Part shown: positions 49,640 through 59,282 of the stretch, piece by piece
How the letters are laid out: each line of letters starts with the position of its first letter
Numbering within the stretch: position 1 is the first letter of the stretch
Source of the DNA: an uncultured bacterium
GTDB lineage: Bacteria; Patescibacteriota; Minisyncoccia; Moranbacterales; UBA2206
NCBI GenBank assembly: GCA_903831805.1
Contig: CAIKZD010000009.1
Coordinates: 217,939 to 281,938 of the forward strand
DNA: 64,000 nt
Direction: 5' to 3'
Notes under the pieces: generated by a model
Told to the model about the DNA's origin: nothing
Databases searched by the model: none
What the model saw: only the letters and a program-made list of their open reading frames with translations
Made by a program: the position numbers and the translations under genes

Positions 49640-50353
49640 TTAAAAACTCTTTCCATCTTCGTTATGACAACCATTCTCATTGCAAGTAAGTATTTTGCCA
49701 GATGATGTTGTAGCACAATACTGGAAAGTCGCCTCATTGCCATTGCGCCTTACAAAGAATTCACAACCACCCCATTTACCACCATCAATCTCAAGATTAA
49801 GCCAGACCTCTTTTACTGCGCTATTCTGACACACAGACAATCCTGTTTTTGGCTCAAGTAGATACCCACCATCATCCACACAGAGGCTAGCATCTGGCCA
49901 TAGAAATTGAATCTTATCTTCTATAATTTTATCATTTATATCATTCATGTATGCAGCATTAACAATTTTAGCAGCGCGCTCCTCGCCAATATATTCACTC
50001 AATTTTTTATTTTTTTCTTCTTTGAGCGAAGAACTATCATTTTCATCAGAAAGAAGGTTCACGGTAGTTAGCTCAACCAAAGAGATTGCGCATGATTCAT
50101 CCTGTGATTGTGCCATCGCCATCATCGCCCGCTCTCTTTTAACTTCATATCGAGTTATATGGATATAGTCAATATTATCAGCCACGAATTTTTCATTAAG
50201 CTTCTTCTTAAGCGCTGTGGCTTGTTCACAAAGATTATTCTTCACCACACTTTCACTTTTTTTATCCAATACTTGAGCTGTTGGCTGTTGACCACACCCA
50301 GCCAAAAAGACTACTCCAAACAGCACTGAACTTATTGCTATTACTTTTTTCAT
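49640..50353 (-). CDS. lipoprotein, Cys-rich C-terminal domain
   Basis: Signal peptide with lipobox (FLAGC). 237 aa, function unknown. Confidence 0.6.
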   Translation of the reverse strand: MKKVIAISSVLFGVVFLAGCGQQPTAQVLDKKSESVVKNNLCEQATALKKKLNEKFVADNIDYIHITRYEVKRERAMMAMAQSQDESCAISLVELTTVNLLSDENDSSSLKEEKNKKLSEYIGEERAAKIVNAAYMNDINDKIIEDKIQFLWPDASLCVDDGGYLLEPKTGLSVCQNSAVKEVWLNLEIDGGKWGGCEFFVRRNGNEATFQYCATTSSGKILTCNENGCHNEDGKSF

Positions 50354-50461
50354 AATTATTTTTTTGTTAATTTATTAAAAATTATTATTAGAACGAGTTG
50401 CCGACCGAGCAAAATTGCCAAAAATTCTTTTCAAAATAGATAGGAAATTTTTAGTTTTTTC

Positions 50462-50611
50462 GCCTAACGTTACTCATATCTGAAGTTTTTGTCTTCCTTC
50501 CTTAGTGTAATATATAAAGAAAAAGAAGGCAAAAATTTGGGTGGAAGAAATTTGCACTCCTTATTATTAGTTATTGATGCAAATTTCTGTAACCAGATAT
50601 GAGTTGTTAGA
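50462..50611. repeat. F3 attC-like element copy c (150 bp)
   Basis: GCCTAAC...GTTAGAC terminal boxes. Inner boxes ctcatatctg / cagatatgag are compensatory relative to copies a and d. Confidence 0.55.
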
Positions 50612-50679
50612 CGATGTAAATTTATTTTCTTTTTTAAATCCGCTTTTTATTCTAAATAGATTAAATAAGTTTTTTTGTT

Positions 50680-50724
50680 TTGAATTTTGGGCAGAGGGGT
50701 CAGGGGTGAATGCCCAAAATTCAA
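50680..50724. repeat. F1 hairpin element copy b
   Basis: ttgaattttgggca-gaggggtcaggggtgaa-tgcccaaaattcaa. Confidence 0.6.
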
Positions 50725-50758
50725 AACTCCTTATTACAATTTTTCCGTAACATTTTAT

Positions 50759-52048
50759 TTATTTTTGTTTGTCGGTTAAATTTTGTATCACAGCTTGATT
50801 AACTCTATACATATCCAAAATATTTTTTTCTAATTCGCTTAAATTAGAGATTATATTAATATCGTCTAGGGCATCAAGAGGTTGAGTGATTTGAATAGGA
50901 TTATTGTCACGTGTGCCAATATTTAGCTTTAATAATCCGTTTTCTACATGAGCATCAATTTCGTGCATTGGCCAACGTGTTTGTGCAACTTCTTTTGTGT
51001 TATATTTATGATTTACATCCTCATAGCCAATATATAATGCATCGACTCCAAAGGAGCTTCCGTTTTCACTTTGATATTGTATATACGCAACACGACCGTT
51101 AGAACCTTGGACTGGTTTTGACAATGAAATTTTGTCGTATCCCATGACGATCGCTCTATTTTTTATTACGTCGACATAAAGCTTGCGTCCAATCTCGGTG
51201 CTGATTTTTGAAAGTTCTCTTGCAAGCTGTGCTTCTTCGTGTGAAATGTTTTTCCTAACAGGAGGGGTTAATTTCTCCGACATATCTTCTCTAATTTCTG
51301 AATTGTATTCGAAGGAAAGCATAATATTCTTCGCCTGGTCTCTGAGTGACACACCATAATCTTCTGAGATGAAAGTGTGGCCTCCGTGCGACAAGCTACT
51401 AAACACCTCGGATAAATTATCCACACTTTCCTTATATATTTTCTCCACTTGCTCAATGTTGGATAATTTTTGAAGACTTTTGATATTCATCATTTCTAGG
51501 TCTGCGATTACTATTTTCATATCAACATCGCTCCCTTTTTTTGGAATAACTACAAAAAAGGCATCGAATCTAATTTTGATACCGTAAAGAGCTGCTCTTA
51601 TAAGATCGTGGTGTATATCCTCAAGGGCTTGCACAAAGTTTGTAATTGATTCGATTTTTTCATCTCGACTCTCTTTTATTTTGTTATGTGCAAGGGCGAT
51701 GTTATTGCCAGCATTAAAATCAGTCATTGCGATTTCATTTTTGCCAATTGCTCGAAATGTAGTAGGTATGTGTTTTAATCCAATTATTTTTAATGCACTA
51801 TACACATCAATAGCAACATCACGATTGTAATTACATTCTTCCGCATCATAACCACGAAAATATTTTAGAACTAAATTCATCTCTCTAAAATTTTCGCCTC
51901 GTTCAACACGAGCTACGACACGAGAGATGTTTCCTACATTAGCAAAGCTTAAATTAGGATTATCTATGGGGTCTTCCTCCTTTTTGATTGAAAATTCAGT
52001 TTCCTTGCCACTGCTATGAGAAGCAATTTTGGTTATTCTTTCGAACAT
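50759..52048 (-). CDS. hypothetical protein with weak protein-kinase-like motifs
   Basis: 429 aa. HHDLIRAALYG (HxD catalytic-loop-like) and KIVIADLE (DFG-position-like). Speculative. Confidence 0.45.
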   Translation of the reverse strand: MFERITKIASHSSGKETEFSIKKEEDPIDNPNLSFANVGNISRVVARVERGENFREMNLVLKYFRGYDAEECNYNRDVAIDVYSALKIIGLKHIPTTFRAIGKNEIAMTDFNAGNNIALAHNKIKESRDEKIESITNFVQALEDIHHDLIRAALYGIKIRFDAFFVVIPKKGSDVDMKIVIADLEMMNIKSLQKLSNIEQVEKIYKESVDNLSEVFSSLSHGGHTFISEDYGVSLRDQAKNIMLSFEYNSEIREDMSEKLTPPVRKNISHEEAQLARELSKISTEIGRKLYVDVIKNRAIVMGYDKISLSKPVQGSNGRVAYIQYQSENGSSFGVDALYIGYEDVNHKYNTKEVAQTRWPMHEIDAHVENGLLKLNIGTRDNNPIQITQPLDALDDINIISNLSELEKNILDMYRVNQAVIQNLTDKQK

Positions 52049-52077
52049 GTTTATATTATCTCAAAATATTAATAAAT

Positions 52078-52185
52078 TCGTTTTCGTAGCCTTAGCGGAG
52101 AAAACACCTTTTTCCCCTCTATAAATAGATAAAAAAAACTTATTTTTCCTTATTATAAAAAGCGAATTTAAAAAAGAAAATAAAT
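52078..52185. repeat. F2 shared promoter/leader element copy b (extended homology to copy c)
   Basis: cgttttcgtagccttagcggagaaaacacc...ataaaaaaaacttatttttccttattataaaaagcgaatttaaaaaagaaaa. Confidence 0.5.
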
Positions 52186-52192
52186 TTATTTC

Positions 52193-52319
52193 GTCTAACG
52201 TTAGGCATATCCGAAGTTTTTCTGTAGCGTAGCGAAGGAAAAATTTGGGAGAGAAAATTTTGCTTTCCTTATTTTATTATAAAGTGCAAAATTTTTGAAC
52301 CGGATATGCCTTGTTATGT
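52193..52319. repeat. F3 attC-like element copy d (127 bp)
   Basis: GTCTAAC...GTTATGT on the plus strand (ACATAAC...GTTAGAC in gene sense). Inner boxes aggcatatccg / cggatatgcct. Confidence 0.55.
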
Positions 52320-52387
52320 GATGTAAAATTCTTTCTTTTTTCTTTTTTTAAATTTGCTTTATAAATGATAAATAAGTTTTTTTGTTT

Positions 52388-52431
52388 TTGATTTTGGGCA
52401 GAGGGGTAAGGGGTGAATGCCCAAAATCAAA
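52388..52431. repeat. F1 hairpin element copy c
   Basis: ttgattttgggca-gaggggtaaggggtgaa-tgcccaaaatcaa, followed by a second G-rich-loop hairpin at 52448..52500. Confidence 0.6.
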
Positions 52432-52471
52432 AACTCCTTATTCTTAAACAAAAAGGCAAAAAGGAAGGGGT

Positions 52472-53992
52472 TTAAGGGGAGGGAATTTTTGCCTTTTTGT
52501 TTTCTTTCACCAATTTACTCATTTTTATTTTTGGAGATATTCCTAACTCAAAACATTTTCTTGCCCACGATTCAATCTTTTGTTTTAAAATTATAGAATT
52601 AATTTCGGATATTTTTTTAGGTAAATTCTTATTTTGGATAACTAACCAAATGCAATAATTTTTAAAATCAATATCAATCTTTTTTGTGTTCGCTTTTTTG
52701 CCGATGAGTTCTAATGTATTGTTTGCTTGATCACAGACATAACCTAATTTTTGAGCAGTTCCAAATTTTACGGCATAAACAGTTTCGCCCTTTTTTGAAT
52801 CCCACGCCTCAACTAGCGTTCCAGCTTTAACCTTAATAATTGAAAAGTTTTTATCGGCATCAGAATATCCATGTTCTTTTAGACTTTTATTAAAATCACC
52901 TTCTATGCCAGTAATTTCAAGTAAGTCATTTTCAACTTCATCCAGATCAATGCTATCGATGTATTCGTTTAATTGATCCATATAGTCCTCATTAAATTTC
53001 ATCCACTTACCTTGCGTTAGAAGGACATTTTGATCATCAATAATATAATCTATCGATTCTTTTACAGTTTTAGAAAACGGCTTAGCATCTTCCTTGATTA
53101 TATGAACCCTTATACTGAGAATTTGCTCCTTGGGAATGGAATTCGTTGATATAAAAGTATTTAATCTATCGATTGTAAGTTCTTCGAATTCAGCCGATGT
53201 AAAACTGTCTAAGGAAAATTTATATTTTTCCTGTCCAGAGAAAATAAAATCAATTCCGATAAGCTCATGACTATTTGAAGTGAAATCTGTGCTATCTTTT
53301 GAGGCAATAATCTCTTCTGCTAATTTATTTTCATACCCAACTGTTATAGGGGATGTATCAAGAATGATTGTTCGCGGTAATTTAAATAATTCAGGAGATT
53401 CATAAACTTTAATTATTGATTCTAAAAATTCTGGCAATGCTTCTTTCTCAACTAGTGGACTTAGTAATGAAGAAGAACCAAATTTACCTGACTTGCCAAA
53501 ATTTTCTATAAAATCTTTAGAAATAGATGATTGTAAATAATCGATAGATTCACCACTCTCAATATCCAGTTGGCTATTTTTTGTATAACTTTTTATTTCT
53601 TTTTTCTTTTTTCCCGCGAATTTTTTTGACGATTTTTGTCTGATATCTTTTTGATTCGCAATTCTTTTGGCTATATGAATGCCAAAATCATGATCGCAAA
53701 ATTGTCGTAGATAAAAATGCGATTTCCCATAGCTTAATGCAAAACAATATTTTTCATTTTCCCAAATATAAGCGCAAAAGTAGATTCTATTTTCGGGCTT
53801 ATCTTCGTTGAAAAAATCTTTGTATGTTTCTGCCCACGGAATTTGAATCGGATCAATATCTTTGGAAAAATAAAAATCACCTTTCCAGCCTTTTTCTTCG
53901 CTCGAGTTAATATTTTTAAGTCCTAATGATTCAAATTTATCTTTTAAATCATTGACTTTGTCTTTTGGAATTTTAAAAATATTTAGCTTCAT
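52472..53992 (-). CDS. hypothetical 506-aa protein, last gene of the type IIS R-M operon (resembles the sporadically distributed TIGR04141-like family from memory; unverified)
   Basis: No catalytic motif recognised. Separated by a 6-bp gap from the REase candidate. Confidence 0.5.
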   Translation of the reverse strand: MKLNIFKIPKDKVNDLKDKFESLGLKNINSSEEKGWKGDFYFSKDIDPIQIPWAETYKDFFNEDKPENRIYFCAYIWENEKYCFALSYGKSHFYLRQFCDHDFGIHIAKRIANQKDIRQKSSKKFAGKKKKEIKSYTKNSQLDIESGESIDYLQSSISKDFIENFGKSGKFGSSSLLSPLVEKEALPEFLESIIKVYESPELFKLPRTIILDTSPITVGYENKLAEEIIASKDSTDFTSNSHELIGIDFIFSGQEKYKFSLDSFTSAEFEELTIDRLNTFISTNSIPKEQILSIRVHIIKEDAKPFSKTVKESIDYIIDDQNVLLTQGKWMKFNEDYMDQLNEYIDSIDLDEVENDLLEITGIEGDFNKSLKEHGYSDADKNFSIIKVKAGTLVEAWDSKKGETVYAVKFGTAQKLGYVCDQANNTLELIGKKANTKKIDIDFKNYCIWLVIQNKNLPKKISEINSIILKQKIESWARKCFELGISPKIKMSKLVKENKKAKIPSP

Positions 53993-53998
53993 GCTTAT

Positions 53999-55516
53999 TT
54001 ATGCGGTTACTTCATTTAAAGAGGTTTTCATCTCAAGGCTATTAACAAATTTATCAATATTTGAGATTCTCACTTCCAAACCATCTTTTTTGATAAAATC
54101 AAAGTAGCGTTCGGTATCAATAAAAGATTTTGGCGAGATAAACACGGAATATGATTTTGTGCCTTTTTTTACATATTCTTCAAGGTGTCGATGTATAGAA
54201 AACGACTCTCTGATATGCTGTTGCGTTCCAGTCAGTAAAGTTACTTCGATCAAAACTGTGTCTTTTTCTTCCAAACATTCAATGTCGGGGCTTCCGCCAG
54301 ACGCAAAACTTGTTGGCAAGCCTTCATCGTCGGATATGAAATTAGGTTTTACGATAACATCTGGTAATTTTTTGAGGATTGCCAATGAAGTTAAAAATTC
54401 CAATCGTAATGGTTGCTCAATGACTTTCAAAATATTATCGCTAGAAGATTTTTTCTGTGCCAAATTAAGAAGTTCGGTTTTAATTGAATCCCAAGCATAA
54501 TGATCAACCCATTTTTCCAATTCTGCCTTTGTGGTTTTCGCTGGTGCTCCAAATACGGTAAGCGTTGAGATTAAATCGTGGTCGACTTGTCCGATATACT
54601 CAAAAAATTCTTTTTCCGTTTCAAATTCTTTGTAGGAAATATAATTTTTTAAAATATAATCAACGGTTGTAGATTCTTTTGAGTTTATATCTATAAAACG
54701 ACCACCGCCACGCAAAGAAAGTAAGCCAGTTAAACGCATTTTTCGTATAAAATCGTCAGGATAATCACCAAGGATTGAATTATCATCTCTCTTTGTTTCG
54801 TTTAGCAATTCATAGCAAAGATCTAAAATTACTTCGTTGCTCGGTGTATAACCATGTTTTTTGCGTAATTTTTTAATTTCTCGATATAAACTTTCAGCGT
54901 TATCGTTTTGCCAACATAGCAACAATGGTATTTCCGATCTGGATATACCAGCACCCTTGTATGCTGGGTCATTATTCAAAAGTTTTATGGTTTGTATAAG
55001 CAAAATAAGCGGAACATTTTTATTTAAAACGCGACGAAATGGATTTTGGCGTTGATATTTTGCAAAAGCATTTGCAAAAACCATTAACTCATTTTCTGGC
55101 TTTTCTTTGTCCAATAACATCTTTCCGCTTTCGGAAAATTTTATTTCTTCATTTTGCCAATACCAAACAAAACCAAGTTCTTTGGCAATTTTAAACCAAG
55201 TATCAAATCTTGATGGCCATCCTTTTTCAAACCCTGCTTCTTTGTGGCTTTGAGGGTTGTCGGAAAATACTTTTTTGGTTTCAGTTTCGCTTAATTCAAT
55301 CTCATTTTTCCATTTATCTTTTACAGCCGAAGTTACTTTCATGGGTTGGTATAATCCTTTTTGAATTAAGGATTTGGCGACTTTATCAATAATTTCGTTT
55401 GTTAAAATTTCGCCGTCATATTCCGCAAGTACGGTCAAAAAATCCTTCAACCGTTCAGGATTCCTCATTGTTGTTGTAAATAGCAATGGTTTGTATTCAG
55501 ATTGTCGTTTAGTCAT
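53999..55516 (-). CDS. AlwI-family (type IIS, MlyI/PleI/N.BstNBI-like) restriction endonuclease candidate
   Basis: N-terminal LLFTTTMRNPERLKDF resembles the AlwI-family N-terminal motif. The C-terminal SPDIECLEEKDTVLIEVTLLTG resembles the family's PD..E..EVT catalytic region, as recalled for N.BstNBI. It lies adjacent to two Dam-class methyltransferases. Confidence 0.55.
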   Translation of the reverse strand: MTKRQSEYKPLLFTTTMRNPERLKDFLTVLAEYDGEILTNEIIDKVAKSLIQKGLYQPMKVTSAVKDKWKNEIELSETETKKVFSDNPQSHKEAGFEKGWPSRFDTWFKIAKELGFVWYWQNEEIKFSESGKMLLDKEKPENELMVFANAFAKYQRQNPFRRVLNKNVPLILLIQTIKLLNNDPAYKGAGISRSEIPLLLCWQNDNAESLYREIKKLRKKHGYTPSNEVILDLCYELLNETKRDDNSILGDYPDDFIRKMRLTGLLSLRGGGRFIDINSKESTTVDYILKNYISYKEFETEKEFFEYIGQVDHDLISTLTVFGAPAKTTKAELEKWVDHYAWDSIKTELLNLAQKKSSSDNILKVIEQPLRLEFLTSLAILKKLPDVIVKPNFISDDEGLPTSFASGGSPDIECLEEKDTVLIEVTLLTGTQQHIRESFSIHRHLEEYVKKGTKSYSVFISPKSFIDTERYFDFIKKDGLEVRISNIDKFVNSLEMKTSLNEVTA

Positions 55517-55520
55517 AATT

Positions 55521-56426
55521 TTAATAGTTAGTAATCAGAACTTCTTTAATTATCTTTTTGCCGTTGTTATGATAATTAATGTAGTTGCTTTCAATTTTGT
55601 GTACCTTGTATTTTTTCATCCATTCTAATAAAAAATCATTTTTGCTCCCGTTATAGTGAGTAACATTTGATAAAGCGAATTTAACACCTTTTTTGTCTAA
55701 GACATCAATCATTTTCAATAAATCAATTTCTAATTCCTTGTTCCATAATTTATTATATTCGCTTGCGGATATTAAGTATGGTGGATCTAAATATACAAAA
55801 TCATTTTTTGAATATTTTTTGTCCGCAAAAAACTTTTTGAAATCTTTTGAAGTTATAGATATTTTTTTATCATGTACAAAATCAAAGTAGCCGTTCAAGG
55901 CGTTAATCACATTTTTATTAAAATCAACATTGCCAACAGGTAAATTAAATTTTCCTCCGCCATTGAATCTTAACATTCTATTAAATCCATAAATAAGTAG
56001 GATGTATAAAATCAAGGGGTCGTTTTTTTGATAATTATTTACGCTCATTCTTAATTTATCGTATCCTTCCTTATTAAATCTTGCGTAATAGGTTTTTTTA
56101 AACTCCTTTTTTAACGAATCAGGGACAATATCTTTTTTATATGAGTGCGAAAATTTATATTTGTGGATTATTTTTTCGGTATCCTTGAAAAACTTTTCTG
56201 GATTTTTTGAACTGGCGATTAAAAGTTTTTGAATATTTATCAGATGTTTGTCTATATCATTGAGAAAATATTTTTTTGCCTCAATATTCAGAAATACCGT
56301 GCCACCGCCGACAAAAGGTTCATAAAAATTATTTATTTCTTTGGGAAATAAATTTATGAGTTGTTTCATCAACTTATATTTATCGCCGACATAAAACAGG
56401 GGCGATCTTTTTATTTTATTGCTCAT
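55521..56426 (-). CDS. D12-class (Dam-like) N6-adenine DNA methyltransferase
   Basis: YEPFVGGGTVFLN AdoMet motif and catalytic DPPY (VYLDPPYLIS). Confidence 0.8.
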   Translation of the reverse strand: MSNKIKRSPLFYVGDKYKLMKQLINLFPKEINNFYEPFVGGGTVFLNIEAKKYFLNDIDKHLINIQKLLIASSKNPEKFFKDTEKIIHKYKFSHSYKKDIVPDSLKKEFKKTYYARFNKEGYDKLRMSVNNYQKNDPLILYILLIYGFNRMLRFNGGGKFNLPVGNVDFNKNVINALNGYFDFVHDKKISITSKDFKKFFADKKYSKNDFVYLDPPYLISASEYNKLWNKELEIDLLKMIDVLDKKGVKFALSNVTHYNGSKNDFLLEWMKKYKVHKIESNYINYHNNGKKIIKEVLITNY

Positions 56427-58231
56427 ATTTTTGCTTTCGTTACAAACAGGTATTCCTTGTGATTATTGAAATTGGTATTGCCTGCATTAAAATGTCTATA
56501 ATTTTTTTCAAAAACTTTGGTTGGTCCTTTTTTCTGCAAAATCTGTTCAATCTCTTGGAGTGTAATTTTGTTTTTTGATGAATTACTCTTTGAATCGTAA
56601 GTGTTATTGTATGAAACGACCAAAAATTTAGCGTCAAGGTCTCTCACGAGTTCCGCAAATTTATCTTTGGCGTTGGCTCGGCAGTAGTCGCTCATATTTT
56701 CCGGGTCTGGTTTTAACGCAACCCCATGAAGCTTTGGCTTGTCCCACTTAGTTAATGTTTCAAGTACATGGTAAAATCTGCTGTATTGTCTTGAGTTGTA
56801 AGGTGGGTCAATGTAAACCACATCAGCATTAATTTTTTTTGCCAGATTGTTTGTGTCTTCCTGAAAAATAGTTATTTCTTGCGTATCTATCGGATCAATC
56901 GGTTTCATGAAAAAACTATCATTTACAAATTCTTTTTTAAAATATGCGTCAAAATGTCCGACTGTGTTGGCAATTTTATCGGCGGTATAAAGCAACGAGG
57001 CGATTAACATAAAATATTCTCTCTCAGTTAAGTTTTTCCTGTTTTCCTCTATATTTTCACGAATAAAGCCGATGATTTTCGCTGAATTTTTACTAAAAAA
57101 TTTACCGCCAAAATTTTTAGAAAAATAATTTTCCTCTAAATCATCGCCATAAATATTGTTGTAACTTTTAATAATGTTATCGATTTTGACTTTATTCCAT
57201 GCCTCGTTTCCAAAAAAAGCCTGATATATCGCGTAATTTGAATGCAGAAAGTCGTTTAATAAAACTTTTTCAAAGTGTTTGGTTGCAACAGCGGATACAA
57301 CACCCGTTCCTGCAAAAATATCCGCAAAGGAATTGCCACTGCATTCTTTATTTATTATAGAAAAAATCCATTCAATCAGCTTGTGTTTGTTACCAATATA
57401 TCTGCGATTGTGTAATTGAAGATGGTTTTCTTTCACTTGTGGGATATAAAAATAATTTTCTTGGATTTTTTCAGCGGTTATTTCATAGGATGGTCGTTCA
57501 GTTTCAAACATAGCAAAAAGCGTGCCTTGTATTCCGTCTGCAACATAATCAACGCTTGCTTTTTCCTTATTTAATTTTTCGTAGAAACTGTAATGATTAT
57601 TTTCAGAGATGATAATAAAATCAATAACTGGTATTCCCATTATTTCACCAGCTTGTACGATTTTTTCAATAATTTGATTATCCTTTTCGCTTGGTAAAGA
57701 ATCGCCCGAAGGGTGATTATGAACTAAAATTACACTGGCGGCGTTTAATTCAGTCGCGGGATAAAAAATTTCTCTCGGATGTAGTAGCGCTTTATCTAAA
57801 AGACCGACACTAACAACTTCTTTTTTCAACAAAACATTTCGTGCGTTTAAATAAAGACAAACTAAATGTTCTTTTTTCTTGTCTCTTAAATCGTAAGTAA
57901 GAGATAAAATATCTTGAGAATTTTTTATAACAATCTCGTTGGTTTTGTTTTCGTCGTAAAATCTTTTTACTAATGAAATTGCGGAAGCAATTTGCAATGC
58001 TTTTGCTTGTCCGATTCCTGAAATCTCTAAAAGATCATCAACGGTTATATTCAAAAAGTTTTTACCGAATTTTTTGATAATATTCTCAGAAAGCTGTCTG
58101 ACATTTTTTCCCTTGATTCCGCTACCCAAAAGAATTGCCAAAAGATCACTCTTTGAAAGTGCATCAGCTCCTTTTTTCAGAAACCTTTCTCTCGGACGAT
58201 CAATTTTTGGTATATCCTTAATTTTTGGCAT
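56423..58231 (-). CDS. RadC-like JAB/MPN domain fused to a D12-class N6-adenine DNA methyltransferase
   Basis: N-terminal HhH plus RadC signature (LLHPREIFYPATELNAASVILVHNHPSGD). C-terminal Dam motifs including DPPY (VVYIDPPYNSRQY). Confidence 0.75.
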   Translation of the reverse strand: MPKIKDIPKIDRPRERFLKKGADALSKSDLLAILLGSGIKGKNVRQLSENIIKKFGKNFLNITVDDLLEISGIGQAKALQIASAISLVKRFYDENKTNEIVIKNSQDILSLTYDLRDKKKEHLVCLYLNARNVLLKKEVVSVGLLDKALLHPREIFYPATELNAASVILVHNHPSGDSLPSEKDNQIIEKIVQAGEIMGIPVIDFIIISENNHYSFYEKLNKEKASVDYVADGIQGTLFAMFETERPSYEITAEKIQENYFYIPQVKENHLQLHNRRYIGNKHKLIEWIFSIINKECSGNSFADIFAGTGVVSAVATKHFEKVLLNDFLHSNYAIYQAFFGNEAWNKVKIDNIIKSYNNIYGDDLEENYFSKNFGGKFFSKNSAKIIGFIRENIEENRKNLTEREYFMLIASLLYTADKIANTVGHFDAYFKKEFVNDSFFMKPIDPIDTQEITIFQEDTNNLAKKINADVVYIDPPYNSRQYSRFYHVLETLTKWDKPKLHGVALKPDPENMSDYCRANAKDKFAELVRDLDAKFLVVSYNNTYDSKSNSSKNKITLQEIEQILQKKGPTKVFEKNYRHFNAGNTNFNNHKEYLFVTKAKI

Positions 58232-58233
58232 AA

Positions 58234-59082
58234 TTATTTTTTGTAAATTTCTTCAAGAGTTTTTCCATTTTTGGTTTTCCATTTTTTCCATCCGCTTGTT
58301 GAGTTTCCCAAAATAATATCTGAAGCTGCGCTTGGGCTATTAAAAACATAATCCTTGGTGAATATATAAAGATCACTATCTTTCTTTTCCAAATATCCAT
58401 TTAAAATTAACTTCTCGATGTTCTTTGAGTTTCTTTCGGCTACCGCACTAGAAAATTGAGTTGTGGCTGTAGAATCTTTATATACAACAAAACCTTCGTT
58501 GGTCATACGGCCACTAGCTAAAGCCATTTTGCCACCACATGTAAACAATGGATCGGATGAGTTTGGTTGCTCTTTTGAGGTAATCTCTTGCAAAATAGGA
58601 TAACCGACCGCAGTAAGAAGTAATTTTAAGTTACTTAAAAATTCTTCCATTTCAGCAATATCGGCTTCGGACAATGAGGGCAGTACTGATTTGGCGCCAT
58701 TCTCTAAATTAAATCTTTTTACTAATGTAGCAATTTCTATACACCTACTTTCAAGATATTTTACATGTGCTTTTGTGAGGTTATTGTCTTTACTTACAAA
58801 AGCTATTGCAGTAAACCAAAAGTCTTTTGAGCTATCATGTGTAATCAATCTGTTCCATAAATTTTCAGCTTCACCTATGTATGCAGTAGACAGTAGGGCT
58901 TCTTCATCTTCTTTTCCAATTAAAAAATAAACTGCAGGCTTGTTGCAATCGGGGCGTTGTTTCGTGTCCTTGAGTTTATTACGTGGAATAACTATTGCTT
59001 GACCCACCCAGTTGCTTAACTCAACAGTTTTTAGACCATTTGGTTCACCATCGACGAGAAAAATTTTAATTGTCTTTGCCAT
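58234..59082 (-). CDS. GIY-YIG nuclease with DUF4357-like C-terminal domain
   Basis: VYFLIG ... YIGEAENLWNRLITH are GIY-YIG motifs. First gene of the operon. Confidence 0.6.
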   Translation of the reverse strand: MAKTIKIFLVDGEPNGLKTVELSNWVGQAIVIPRNKLKDTKQRPDCNKPAVYFLIGKEDEEALLSTAYIGEAENLWNRLITHDSSKDFWFTAIAFVSKDNNLTKAHVKYLESRCIEIATLVKRFNLENGAKSVLPSLSEADIAEMEEFLSNLKLLLTAVGYPILQEITSKEQPNSSDPLFTCGGKMALASGRMTNEGFVVYKDSTATTQFSSAVAERNSKNIEKLILNGYLEKKDSDLYIFTKDYVFNSPSAASDIILGNSTSGWKKWKTKNGKTLEEIYKK

Positions 59083-59119
59083 ATTTTATCTAGGTCAAGT
59101 AATTGAATTATATCAGTTT

Positions 59120-59245
59120 TCCCCTTATAAATAAATCGTTTTCGTAGCGGAGCGGAGAAAACACCTTATACCCCTATATAAATAGATAAAAAAACTTATT
59201 TTTCCTTATTATTAAAAAAGCAAATTTAAAAAAAGAAAAAAGAAA
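59120..59245. repeat. F2 shared promoter/leader element copy c
   Basis: ccccttataaataaatcgttttcgtagcggagcggagaaaacaccttatacccct...ataaaaaaacttatttttccttattattaaaaaagcaaatttaaaaaaag. Confidence 0.5.
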
Positions 59246-59282
59246 GAATTTTATTTCACATAACTCTTTATATACGAACTGA

